64,000 bases of DNA from Ptychomitrium polyphyllum (lineage: Eukaryota), in assembly GCA_973851085.1 (NCBI GenBank), contig OZ316776.1:11284001-11348000 (forward strand), read 5' to 3'. Shown piece by piece: positions 49,401 to 62,900 of this stretch; the stretch's first letter is position 1, and each line of letters begins with the position of its first letter. The notes under the pieces are model-generated. The model searched no databases. It had not been told where the DNA came from and saw only the letters and a list, made by a program, of their open reading frames with translations. The position numbers and the translations under genes were made by a program.

Positions 49401-51690
49401 TGACAACCGTGAGTCGCTTCGCGTCGTGACATTTGTGCCGGTCGATTTGCGTCTTTGAGACTCACGGGCTTGGCTTGGTTTGGATGCAGGGGCTGACTCC
49501 TCACGACGCTTAGAGTGCATCAAGGCGATGGCTAGCTCGTTACCTTGTGGACCAGCAGGTTTTACGTTCGCTACGTAGAGATCGTTCTTTTTCCTGAGGC
49601 GGGACTCTTCTTCACGGGAGGATGCCGGTATGAGGTTGTCCTTGAACACTCCCACGAGGTCGCCGACAACCTCCGTTGCCTTGTCTTGCAGCCTTGCTGC
49701 GATGTACCAACACATTCATCACAAGCTCAGACTTCTGATACATCCTTGCTAAAGATTATTCTCACGTAGAAAGACAGAAACAGAGAGAAAGAGATAGGAA
49801 CCCACTGTCGTATCGAATGAGAGACTCGGGGAGGCCATTCGGACGCAACGCCTTTTCCTTCTTGCCCTCCGTGTGCTTGCTCACCTCGACTTGCATTCTG
49901 CTCCCACCGATGATGATAAATCAACTCTCAAGCATACGAAGACGCAATCGACACTAATTTTGCTTCTTAAGAATATTCTTTCCACCAAGAGAGTTTAACA
50001 TGCAGGTGGAAAGTAATTACCCGATGAACTTAAGCACCTTGCCTTCATCATCCTTAATGGGCGTCACTGTGAGCAAGTTCCAAAACGCGGATCCATCTTT
50101 TTTGTAGTTGAGCAAACGCCCACAAAAACTCTTCCCCTCATTGAGCGCGTCCCGAATGCGCGCTACGTCATCCTTGTCCGTCCCAGGGCCCTGCAAAAAA
50201 CGGCTGCTCCCATCCCCACAACTCTTTGTCTCAAAAACCTCGCAACAATCAATCAATCATTCAGTCAATTCTACCAACAAATTGATTCAAAAGACGCTCA
50301 TCGCAGAACAAGAAAAGAAGCTACGTACCAATTGCGCCCAATGACCTCCTTGGGCGAGTACCCTGTCATGCTGAAGAACCCCGCACTGGCATACATGATA
50401 GGAAAATTCGGCTGCGTAGCATCCGACACAACGAACGTCTGCTGGAACGTCGAGAGCGCATCCTTCACTTCCCGCGACACCCTCGGTAAGTTGGAAAGAC
50501 TCCCTTCACTTCCTGCATCTGACCTCCCTGCATCTGACGCCTCCGACATCCGCTTCGACGGTGGCACGGCAGGTATTGTCAACGATGCTCGCGCGTTCTC
50601 ACCATCGCCTGACGATCTGCCTCATCACGCCAAAATCCGGTTGAACATCATTGCCAACAAAGAACAAACTCTAGTACGATGAGTTAATCGTCGTCTCATC
50701 TCAACTTCAATCATCCTATCCTCAGATTTCTCACTCTGTTCATGAAGGTAGTACTCTGACTGTGACCTGAGTTAAGGTAGTGATTGTACAATGTACCATG
50801 TCAGAAGCTTGGTTTTGCTTGAGAAAAGTGAAAAGAGAAGAATGCGCAGTGGAGAAGTGAGTTTCTCACCGACGGCTGTCGCCCGAGGCGCGGCGATTCT
50901 CTTCCGATTTTCGGGTCTGCACTCCATGAGCCTTCCCTGTTTGCTCGTCAGCCTTGAGCACCAGGCCCCACTGGGCGGCGCGATCCGCCATGACGCTTTC
51001 GGACATCTCCTTCTTCTCTGGGGATTTAGCTCCGTCGTTAGACGGGTTCTTCGCCATGTCGCGCTTGGCAAGTTCTTCAACCTGTTGCTTGAGCTTCTCA
51101 ATTGCGGCTGCCCCCTCATTTGCCAGGTCGGGCAGTTTGTTCTCGAGGCCGTCGGATGAGCTTCGCTGGTGGCGAATGACGGGCTTCGGCTTGGAGTCGG
51201 TTTCGTCGGAGCCGATCACCCGCTTGGGTTTATACTCCGGAATGTCAAGGTTGATCTCCCATGGCATGGGCGCCTTGGGCTCCGCTGGTTTGCTCAGAGG
51301 CAGCGGTGGCGGGCTTGGCGGCAGCGGTGCAGGATTTGGAACTGGCCCGGAAGCGGACCACGTGGGCAGCAGCGGCGCAGGGATTCCGCTCAGCGCTGCT
51401 TCTGCCATGGTGGAATCGGGCTTCGGAGCCACGTTGGGAGCTGCCCATTGGGGCTCGGTGCGCGGCAATGGCAACGGCGTGGCTTCGACGCTCTCCTCGT
51501 CGCCCTCCAACACCGATTTGCCTCTGAATGAAGCCCCTGCTCTCGGGAGGTAGCGAGTGCTGGCAGGCGCGCCGCCGAAGACTTCTAACGATTTTCGTTC
51601 CGAGCGCAGGGCCGGGTTGAACCTGCTGAGTCCCCGTGAGCCCCCGAGAGCAGGCTTGGCGGGAGAGGACGCAGACTCCTGGTCCTCCAT
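46434..51690 (-). CDS. PHOT: phototropin (LOV1-LOV2-AGC kinase blue-light receptor) with long Pro-rich N-terminal extension
   Basis: 15 exons: 51690-50870, 50616-50329, 50203-50021, 49897-49806, 49696-49303, 49206-49005, 48893-48666, 48548-48384, 48257-48168, 48066-47990, 47880-47715, 47601-47448, 47349-47243, 47123-46998, 46862-46434. Two [11 protein letters not shown] motifs, RAAQWGLV, J-alpha [35 protein letters not shown]. Confidence 0.97.
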
Positions 51691-54600
51691 CACGCAGCTC
51701 TACAGGCGGCACAAGTCGAATTCCTGTGCACATACGCAAGCCAATGCAATCAACACCCAATACTACATCAACTCCGACATAATCGAAGCTCAGGACTATC
51801 CAACTCCGATGCACGTGCAACCATACCTGAAATCTGCAGAACGATCGTGAATATTCGTCACACAAACGGGTCAATCTCCATTAATGACGCTCGTTCCAGC
51901 TCAACAACACTCGTGGTCTGCGAAAGAGAACTGTCCAGAATCAATACTGGTCCGCTCCCCAAAATGGTGTATTCACTTCGCTGATAATAGCAGGATTTTA
52001 GCAAGAACCAGATTTTGCATGGCATTTCGTGAAAGCGGGTAGTTCCGCAAACAATTGTCCTCGTGCACCTGTACCATCACTAGAGCTCACTTTATTTGGT
52101 TCTCTTGACAAGTGCGTGGTACTCACGAACAGGGAGATCAAAAAATTAAAAAGAACCGGCACGAAGTAGTAAACTACTCACATTGCTATTGGATTGCGAA
52201 CAAATGCGAACCAGATGACTAACAAAGTGAATTCTTGCTCACTAAGATAGGAGCTCAATCAGAGGCTGGAATTTCGGAACCAACGGTGGAGTCATGCAAC
52301 TAGAATGCTGCCATTTCTTTCGCCTCAGGTTGCATGCAAACCAAACATTGAGACCTAGAGAAAAGAACATCGACATTCACCGAAATCTTCCGAGTGTATG
52401 ATTCTTCCAAATCTCAAATATCCTAGGCCAAGCTCAACTCAGCCTTGCAACTAATATCTCCTTAGACTCGACTAACAGAGGTTGTCTCTAGCTCACACGT
52501 CAACCGTCACATGTGTCATCCCCCAAAACGTAACACCTCTACAAGAGAACCTAGTTCAAGGGATTCAAACCGTGGCGACATGCTTACCTCGGTGGCCAAC
52601 TGCTCATCTTTCCCTTCTACGTCACTCCTTCGTATCACTACTACTACACACAACAACAGAGCTGACTGGTACTCATCTTCCCTCAACATCTAATAGCCCC
52701 AACTGGTCACTCCGAGGTTGAACTCAGCTCGGTGGTTGCGACTCACAGCCAAATCAACATACACGCAGGCCTCAGAAACGCCGTCTGCTGTTTTTAGCTC
52801 AAGATTCGCCAACTGCCAACACTCAATTGCAAAACACATATGAAGCCTACGTAGTAAAAAAAAGCACCGAAGGTGCTTTTCAGAGGAGATACAACTGGGT
52901 ACTCCGGAGTTGGACTCAGCTGAGTGAGTGAGTGGGTGAATTTTTCACATACTTTGAAAAACGCCGCCTTTTTTAACTGAAGATCCGCCGACCACTAACT
53001 CTGAGTTGCCAACAGCCATGCAGATGCCAACACTCATGCAGATGCCAACACACATTTGAAGCCTACATCGAGAAGGGAAGCACCGACGATGCTATGGAGA
53101 CATCATACCTCGTGTAAGTCTGTGAGGGAACCGGTGACTTGTATGATGTTTATATAAAGCGTGTGATTCGGAGTGTGTGAGCAGATGATAAGTAACTCCT
53201 CACTGCTACTGTTGCAACTTGTGCTGATGAGGTGGTAGCAACTTAGATTGTGTCAGGAGATGGGACGGGGCAGTATTTTCTGCTAAGTTGGCCCCACTTT
53301 GTGATGCACTGCAGCTGCGTTTCCAGGATTACAGCAAAAGGTTAGCGGTGCTCATAATCACGCTCATTAACGCTGACTCCCCAAATTGGCCACCCCCATG
53401 CTGGGCTGAACCCCTGCTTCATTACTGCGGTGCCGCTCTGCGTTGCTGCCGCCCATATGCGGCTCTTGTCGTTCACTTTGCACACCTCTCAACGTTTTAA
53501 CGCCGCTGCATTGCTGCTGCTGCTTCAGGAAGATCAGGTTGTTGTGGTGTTTTGTTTTTTTCCCCCCTACCTTCAGGAAAGAATATTATGGCAATGGTTG
53601 ATCTGAGTATAAAGATTGGGTTGGCATGGGTGATATAAGCGTGGTTGTTGCATGCTTTCTATTAACTAAAAATCCGGTAGGGCGAGTTGATGTGAGGCCG
53701 GTGACTCGGACGTGAAAGCCGAGGCTTTGGATGCTTAACCATGGCAGCATTCCATATGCCTCTTGGCCCTTGTTAATACCTGTGCTTGTTTCTTCTCTTG
53801 GATTCTTAATTTACAGTAATTTAATGTGTGGTTCCCTCATCCATGGCATTCTACAGTAATGTTTTAGGATATACCAAAACAACACATATGCAAAATATAC
53901 TGCAAAAAATCACTTTCTAACTTACCTAAACGTGATACATTTTCATGATTATGATATGGCCTCTTCCTTCTCTATAATGTCATGTCAAAACTTTAAGAGT
54001 CAAACAATTTAATTCAAAAAGATAGTTACAACAATAAGATGTAAAAGTCTAGCTTATATTGAATTAAGTTTAATGTCTTGCCTACTTGTTCATTTTTAGA
54101 AGGAGTTTATATTATTGTTGTTGGTTGAGCAAACAAAGAATATTAGCAATATAATTGGTTCAAAGCAAAAGTTTATCCTCTAAGTCTTTATATTGAAAAT
54201 AATAGCCAAACGATGTTGCCTTCTAAAAGTTAAAAAGATTATGAATATAGAATTAAGTTGGTCAAGGTCTTTCAATTAATGTCACTTATTCCTATATTTC
54301 ATTTTTGTTTATAACCTTTGTTATAATTCATGATCTAACCATTAGATTTAGCCACAAACTTTACAACATTTAGTACATTCTATAATGAATCCATGGACTC
54401 AATTCAAGATGTCATGCAAAGTTTATGCTTATGAAAAATTAAAAACATTAGAAACATAAAATTGAAGTTGGTTGAAGACTTCAATCCATAGATTAGAGCC
54501 TTATAAATGACTAAATGGGTTAGGGCAATTACACTTTACATTTTGAAATTGCACACTATAAGCAATTAAAAGCCATAGTTTATATGTACTAATGGACTTC

Positions 54601-55882
54601 TACCTAGTCTTCTTAATTAGGAACACAAGGACTTCCACCTAATCTTTTTGACTTCCACCTTGTAAATATGTATGCATATAAATTTCAATTTTGAAGCCTT
54701 AGGTATAATAAGATAGCCAAAATTTTCAATACAATGTATTCTTATATGCTAAAGAAAAAAAAGATAATAATAGTAGAATCAGAATATTAAAATTAAAAAA
54801 TTAATACATGGTACTATAACATGTATTAAAACCAAGAATGTTTTTGAAAAACTACATAGGCATGGAAATAATAGAATCATAGAATAATTTAATTCAAAAT
54901 TCACTAAAAAAACTAAAAGAATAATATTCTAATTTAAATTTTGTATTTTTGATTTAAATTTTGTAATTTTTATTGTATTTATAATCACGAATTCCATAGA
55001 AGTTGTCAAAATTAAAATGTACTAAGTAAGTCTATTATAAAGAATGCTTATATTGCTGAATTACAAGAGCCAATCTAAAGCTATACTTCACCAAAAGTGA
55101 AAAAGTGAGAGCAAAACTTTACAATGTGAAGATGAATGAGGCTTAGACCCTAAGTTTTGGACCAATAAGAACCCTTCCTAATGTCCCTAGAGGGCCCCAC
55201 TCTAGTTTTGAATTATTCCAATCTGTACTGTCTGGGAAACGGTATTTTCTTACAGTACTGTCAGCCAGCACAATGATAGATCAGCTGATCAGTTCAAAAA
55301 ATGGCAGATATTTGGTCTCTACGTCTGAACCAAACCCAGATTCATGAGCTGCTGTAGCGTAACTTACACCAGGGTGGCCAGTGACCACATGCACCCATAT
55401 GCACAAACCAACGAAAACTTCGATTATAAAGTCTGAGCTTTGAAACTTATATTGTTCTCAATGGGTTTGTGACTACCGGGTGGCATGCATCACGCCGGAA
55501 GCATCACATTATTTACTGTTTTTATTAGTTTACGTTGTTTTTTGTCTTTGGAGAAGCATTATTGTATTTTATTTGCTGACTGACTCGTAAGTGAGTTCTG
55601 GCTTACAAGTGGGAGTAAAATGATATTAAACCTCTGTACACCATTGTGACTGCACATGTAATTATCCTAGGTGCTGCAGTTGTAGAAGCACGATGGCCAT
55701 TGCAGTCGCTTGCACAAGTCACAACTAAGTTTGCAGGAGGCCCAATGGTTCACCTAGGGGACCTCCAGTCAGCCTGAGGACGAGGATGATTCAGCACAGG
55801 CAGCAGCATCACAGCTCTGAAGGATTCAGTGAGTTAGCGCCTGCCCCATGGATACCCCAAACAAACAAACAAACAAATGTGG

Positions 55883-55922
55883 GGTTCCCCATGGTTCCCC
55901 ATGGTTCCCCATGGTTCCCCAT
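55883..55922. repeat. 10 bp tandem repeat (GGTTCCCCAT)x4
   Basis: Directly visible, preceded by a short (ACAA)n run. Confidence 0.95.
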
Positions 55923-56143
55923 GTCAACACAGGGAACCCAGCGGCAAACCTCTTCAATCTTTTTGCTCCGAACCCATATCTAAGGTTGAGCACACCGTTT
56001 GTGAGTTTGGTAGTCACTAGAGTTATCTACAAATTTAACACCTTTTTTTTTCTTCAAGGGCAAGGTTTTAAAACCTGTTTCTTGATTCTATTGATTCAAT
56101 AAAGAGCACTTTAATTTTGGATTTTTATTGGATTAGTCAAACT

Positions 56144-56235
56144 AGGTGGAATCTTGTCATTATGAAAATTTGAAATATGTATTTTAATCAGGTGGAATCT
56201 TGTCATTATGAAAATTTGAAATATGTATTTTAATC
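56144..56235. repeat. perfect 46 bp tandem duplication
   Basis: AGGTGGAATCTTGTCATTATGAAAATTTGAAATATGTATTTTAATC x2. Confidence 0.95.
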
Positions 56236-58153
56236 ATAAGGGCAAATGAGGTGAAGGAGAAGGGCGGAACCTTGGGTGAAAAGAGAGGTGAAGTTACATA
56301 TAACTCTATTATTTTTCAATAATCATTACACTTTTTAAGGATTGAAACGACTCACTTTTCCTTTGGAAAGTGAGAAATCGACAAAGAATGATAGTGAAGG
56401 TATTTGGAGATGAATATATGAAGGTATGAATGGAATTTGGTCATTTGGCACATAAATGCCCTTGATCTTTAATAGAATAGGATTTTGTCATTAAGTTTGT
56501 AAGTTTGGATGATGAAATTATTTCTTTGCAAAAGAATGCTCATAAAGTTTGTTAAAAAATGTTATAAATAAATAAACCTTGCTTGTAAGGTCTTTTTTGT
56601 AATGTATTTTTAAGATAGAACAAAAGCCATTAAGATGTTTTAATTGAATTTTTTTTTTTAAATTATATGTTTTAAGTCTTCTATTTTGGATGTTCTTCAT
56701 TTTTTTAGTATAAAGGACATGGTGATTTATACTCAACAATGGTGACCATTTATTCAAGGTTAGAGTTTTTTATGCAAAAGAAATATTTTTTAAATGCACA
56801 AAGATATTCATATAGTGCATTGCAAAGACTTTGTTAAGAGTATTTGTTAAGAGTACAATGATAGTGTTTTAAATTGGTAGTGTAATTGACACTAAATCGC
56901 CATTTTAGTTAAATTTAAAAAGACATGCACCAAAAATGGTATTTAGTATTGCAAATTCTAAATGTTTAGTCATGATACTAAATGTAAATTGCTACACCAA
57001 TGTCACCAACATTGAATATCAATAAGCATTTGATTGGAACATGAGGCATTTGATTGGAACATTGTGTCATTTATAGAATGATCTATTATGATATTAAACA
57101 CAATATAACACTGAATACCATTTTTAATGTAGCGTGGTCTGTCTTTTCACACTCTTTTTTTTTGGATATTTGGAGAATGTTTTGCACCTGCACCAAAGAG
57201 CTGGCCTCATGAAGTCATCAGTCACCTTAGTGTTCAACTTATAAGTAGATAAGTAATAAGCATGCTACTCTGTTCTGATCATCAGCCATTAATCACCAGT
57301 CATCTCACAAAATTTACTAGCAATTAGAGGCCCAAAGGCAAACTAGGCTTGCAGAGATACACACTTCAATGTTCATTCTTGAAATGCCAGTTTTTTGCAT
57401 TGAAAGAAATTCAAAGTTTGGTATTGGCTTGGGGGTTATTGTTGATTTTGGTTGCCTCTCCTTTGGTTACTTTCTTCAGAATGTTAAATGTTCGGGTAGT
57501 AAAGGATTTCATACCAAACCTCACATAACATCCTAATTTTTGAGAAGTCATTTTGTGCATAGATGCACAAATGGTGAATACCATCATGTTGAGCCATCTT
57601 CTCAATAATGTAAAATTTAAGGGCTAACTGAAGGTCTAATTGATAGTTTGGTCTTTTGATGTTGCTTATTAATATGATAGTTTAAAGTATTAAGATAGGT
57701 GTTATGTAGTTCATATCCATAAATAAACACCTATAATTAGTATGGATTTAGGTGTGGGATTGTCAATTCCATGTTTTCCAAACCATGAGTCGTGCCAGAA
57801 CATGAAAACTCTTGACTAGGAAAGGTGCACTCTCTTGGTTTTACCGCTTACACTAAAAAATTTACTGAATTTCAAGGAACTTTTGTAATGAAAAAATTCA
57901 ATTTTGAACGGCACAATAGTTATGCTCAATGTTCGAAATGTGCCCCAATAACAAAAGTCACACTAGTCCACTAGTATATCCTCCTGTTCCACACCCTTCA
58001 GATCACTAATTAGCATCAAATTCGTTTAGTTTCCAGGCACTCGGGGTCATTTGTAATCCACCAGGCAATACCAGTCAGCTGCTTCCCAACACATTTGATC
58101 ACAAGCTGGTAGAGCATCACGTTGATTTTACAGCACTGTCCAGTATGTTAAAC

Positions 58154-58395
58154 TTACATGTTTGTGTCTGGTATGTAGCCATGTGTGGCTTGGCAGACGA
58201 ATCCCTCGGATACAGCAATGCAGCATTTCTTCGGGATGGCGAGGGCGATCCTTGGTACCACTCCGTAGGATTAGGCCAAATTCAAACTGAAGAACAATGA
58301 AGACTCGTTTATTGGTGATTACCTCAATAAGGCACTCTTCACCAGCGCAGTTGTACTTTGACTTCAAATTCTGATCAACACAAGCACTCTGCACA
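58154..58395 (-). pseudogene. non-specific lipid transfer protein (nsLTP)-like pseudogene fragment
   Basis: The minus strand reads AGEECLIEV, then after a frameshift SLNLA*SYGVVPRIALAIPKKCCIAVSEGFVCQATHGYIP, resembling the nsLTP C-terminus GVxPxxAxxIPKxC...GxxC. Contains an in-frame TAA. Confidence 0.5.
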
Positions 58396-59985
58396 ACGAG
58401 CACTGTATGCATCCACTAAATATGACGAATTTCAATGCTAATTCTGAATGATATTGTAAGCAATTAAGTGTAAGTGGTAAAACACTAACGTCTCAAGTGC
58501 AGTTAGTTTTTTCATGGACAAATATGAACCACCGATATCTCGAAGTAGACTCCAATATCCCACCACTGAAGACTGCAAGCTGGTGTTTAAACTTAAAGCA
58601 TTGTGAACCATCGACACCAATGAACCTGGAGTTATACGTATAAACCACATAGTATGTCCGTTAGCTGTTTCTACATGCTGCAAGGTGGAGTTGGACTCAA
58701 ACATTCTACACACCTCTTTCATGTAATCTTTTAGCCAGCCAACCGGCACAGGAAATAGCTTTCAGTGTTGTGAGATAGGTGCTTGCTTGATGAATGAAGT
58801 AATCTGGAATAAATGCACTTAGGAACTTTATCAAATTTGAGGGGTACTCTTGTGCAGCTGTAGAGCTGAATTCCTTCAGTATGTGATTGGCTGCTACAGC
58901 ATTCGCAAGGTATTCATCTGACTTGAAAGAGTGCCCCTAAAAACACCAGCTTTTCAAGTGTAATGTTACAGGGCACCAGATTTGTTAATGCTTCTTGGCA
59001 ATGTGCTCGCAAGATTTTTGGTCTAAACTGGACTATGAAGCCCTAATGCATCTTTGAGTTAACTAGGAATATTTGCTGGCATGAATAATCTAGGATCTGG
59101 TTCTTAGACCGGCTGAACATGCCCTTTGGGTTATGGAGCCCTGATGCACCTGACTTCTAAATCCTTTCCCGTCGGCTGAAGAAACCACATCGCATCGGTC
59201 CTTCATTTGAAATACCGCACTTAATGTGTGCTGAATAAGTAGAAACGTGTTGTGCTAGTATCCAGACATTTATAGATCCTTGCCAATGTGGTGCTCCAGA
59301 ATAAATATTGGAGGTCAAATTATAGATAGACCTTCAAACAGGATGCCTCAAGTGGCCCTCGAAACTTAAGAAAACAACCACACAGCAAATGAGCACACTT
59401 GCCGTGAATGGTCCAGAGTAGCACATTTCTCGATCTTAAGTGGACCGAACAGTTCACAAAAATCAAATGCAGATGATTTACATGATTTCGCAAGATTCAG
59501 AGAGCATGAAAAGGTGTACTGCACATCCTTCAAACCCAGCATGAAGCTTTGTGATTTCAACCTTATGAGCAGACACATGTAAACCAACTTCAGAATCCAA
59601 GTAGAAAAGAGTGGAGTACAATACGAGATATTATCTAGGAAACGACTATAGCGAGCTGAAACATCAATCTAGATTACAACCTCCTTTTGCTATCACATCC
59701 AATAGAAGATCCATGCTTCCACCTCTTCATCAAAGCACATTCACGGGTTTTACATATCTTGAACAAACCCATTGACTAAAGTTGCAGTAGAGCAAACAAT
59801 GATCTGAAAAATGAACTCATGCTGACAATGCATGCTACAGATCGCAGATTATCGTCCAGTATAAAAGCAATCTTGCTAGGAATAAGAAAGAAAGAAAAAG
59901 AAAGAGGGGGAAAAGAAAGAGAAAAAAAGTGTATTTGAACAATCAGCCTTTGAACATTTGTATACAGAGTCGTCTTGGATGCACA

Positions 59986-62900
59986 TTAACATTGATAGAG
60001 GGGAAGTTGCACCTTGGTCTTCCAGATAAATCCAAGAGAACCAGACCGTGACTTCCCCAACTTCTTCTTCTCTTCTTTCCGAAGACCAGCGCCAGCGTTC
60101 TTTGGTGAAGGCGACTCCTGCTGCGGCTCAGCTTCAGATGTCTCACCTCTGATCGTCCCCATGCTGAGACTCATACTCAGCGGAGCTGAGTGAGAGAAGA
60201 CAGTTTCTTTCTGGCGTTGCTCACGGAAGTGTTGGAGGAGTTTCTGAGCTTTGTCTTGAGCACGGGGATTATTGCCCACAGAGAGGGAGACAAGTGCAGG
60301 AATCACTCCTTCACGTAACACCAGTTGGCTGTGTTGCAAGCTGTTAGTACAAAGTAACAATAGGGTGGCTGCGGCATGCTCTTTCTCCTTGATACTTCCG
60401 GTATCAAGAATTTCAGCAAGCACAGCTATACCGCCCTCAGTATTTGCGATGGTGGACCGCCCTTCTTCAATACAGGCCAGGATGTATAACAAGGTCACAA
60501 TCTTCTCCAACAAATCCACTTTGCGTAAGCTTAGGAGATGCACTAGGATGGGGATTGCGCCAGCTCGGACCACACGGGGCCGGTTGCCCCATAATATGGT
60601 AAGATTGTACAATGTGGTCAATGCGTCCTTCCGTCCCTGATTGGAGCCAGAGATCAGAAGCTGTACCAAGAGAGGAATTGCTCCAGAAGAGCCTATACAA
60701 GCCTTATTCTCATTCAAGCAGGACAGGGTTAGAAGAGCAGCCACCGCGGCTTCTTTGCATGCTCGACTAGCGCCTGCTTTCAGTAACTCGACAAGAAGAG
60801 GAACACCTCCTGCGGCTACAACTGCGGCTTTATTCCTGTGCACAGGAACAGAAGAACTCAGCATTCATATTTCCCCTAACGTAAAACATTTTCAGGATGA
60901 TTACTTCATGTGTAGAGCGGTCCTTTTGAAACCGAAACAATAAAATCGTCTGCACTCTATTTACTTGAAGATGGTCTATATACAGAAGGTTCAGATGACT
61001 AAAAAACAGAGCCTAGAAATTCACATAACAGATACAAGTCTTATAATAAGCTGGCACAAATTGATATTCAAGGCATTCAATAATAAGAGAGTATTGATTA
61101 GATAGAAACCAATCAGAACTGTCTCTTTGGAGTAAAAACAAATAACTTTAGTAACATATAAATGATTTTTGAAAAGGCTGGCCTTTACCTGTCATCACTG
61201 ATGGCAGTATTGAGGAGGGAAAATGCCACCATTTCTTGAGCACTTTGGTCGCCAGAATCAACTGCTGTACTGAGAAGATCAACAAGAGCTGGAATTGCAC
61301 CTCCTTCTCCAAACTGTGATCGTGCCTTAGCATTAGTTTTCGCCAGTACCCGAATTTCCTCAGCAGCCTGATATTTTTGCTGTACAGAACCTTCTGAAAG
61401 ACCTGCAACTAGATCCTCACACCTTATTGCCCATTGTTCTTCGGTTAGCAGCTCTAGTGCATGACCCACACCACTGCTATCGAGCTGAGAAGGCCCAGAT
61501 TCATCCATAAAGCCATCTTCCTTTACTTGTGTGCTCTTTTGCTCGTTAGCACATTGAGAATTATCAACCTCTAGTACTTTCTCCGACTCCTGTTTTCTGG
61601 GAGTATTAATGTCCATTTCTGGAAGATCATCCACTGGCACAACCCGAGAGTCTTTGCCTTGCTCCCCACTTCGAACCTTGACAAGTTCAGAGGCTGAACC
61701 AAGCTCCCATCGCCACGAGACTGGAGAAGGCGGAGGAGATGGTGGACCTGGGACTGGGATGTTGTGTGCCTCGCACCAGCTTGCAATCAGGCCTTTGACG
61801 CAGTAGTTAGGGGTGAGGTTGAGATGTGCCAAGCCCTGTCTCGTCTTAGGGCATGTAACATGGCCCTCCTTGAACCATTTTTCAATGCAAACTCTCTCAT
61901 ATGTTTGTCCTGACGCAACAATGACGGGCTCAGACATCAGCTGGAGCGATATGGGGCACCGAAGTTCTTCTGGGGCAACAGGAGTTTGAGGAGTACGGGG
62001 AGTGTGGGGGGTTTGTGGAGTTCTTGGAGTCCTTGGACTTGAACAGTCAGGATCCTCCAATCTATCTACAGTATCGAGAAAAGCCATTTCAGAGCATCGA
62101 CAGTCTACGCAGTGTTGATGATTACTCGGGGAAGCAACCCTGTCTATCTCTGACTCCACGCTCGCAGAAAGCTTTCCGGAGCCCCAACCGCGATCCGAAA
62201 CAAGCCAACGAGATGGATCCACATTTGTCTGCATAAAATTCTCTGTTCGAAGGACATTGTTGTATTTCTTCATAAGCTGTAGAATGTGAAGAGTGACAGA
62301 TTCCTTCCGGCGATCTTCTTCATATCGTGCCTTTTCAAGTAGCCGCTTCAGGGCACGCTTTTCAGCCAAAACCGCATCCGCTGTCACGAGGCCTAGCCGG
62401 ATCGCCACTTGACTAAACGTTTCTTCCTCTGCCTCCGGATTCTCATACTGAGGCCCCTTTTGCTTCTGAAGTAGCAAGGATATAATATCAGCCCCTATCT
62501 GCTTCTCAGCAGGGTCCAGCTGAAACTGGGTTCGACTCAACTCGGCTTGAAGCTCACCAATCTGGACACATCGACAGCAGACATCAGTTCTACGAGGTGT
62601 TCATATCTCGATCGTTTCAAGTACTCGATCACGTGCAGCGGCCCAGACTACACATCAAAGGACCTGTGAAGTCCTACACCCTCAACTATTGATGCTAGAC
62701 GGGCCAAGCATGGGAAAGGGCATTGAATGATGTCCCCTTACAGAAGTACATCACATGGAGGAAAAGTACTTGTCGTTACTAGATCTGTTAGACATTATGA
62801 TGAGCCAACTGTCGTCGTAATACTCTAACGACCGACAACGTCATCATTCTTTGATCTACTAAACAATGATCACGAGGTGCATGTAGGTAAAAACCTGAGA

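Noticed and set aside
55883..56235. Short tandem repeats as a CRISPR-like array
   Set aside because: Head-to-tail repeats with no unique spacers, eukaryotic context and no cas genes
57183..57195. TGCACCTGCACCA, partial match to moss miR1030 as recalled
   Set aside because: Only 13 nt match and no fold-back partner nearby
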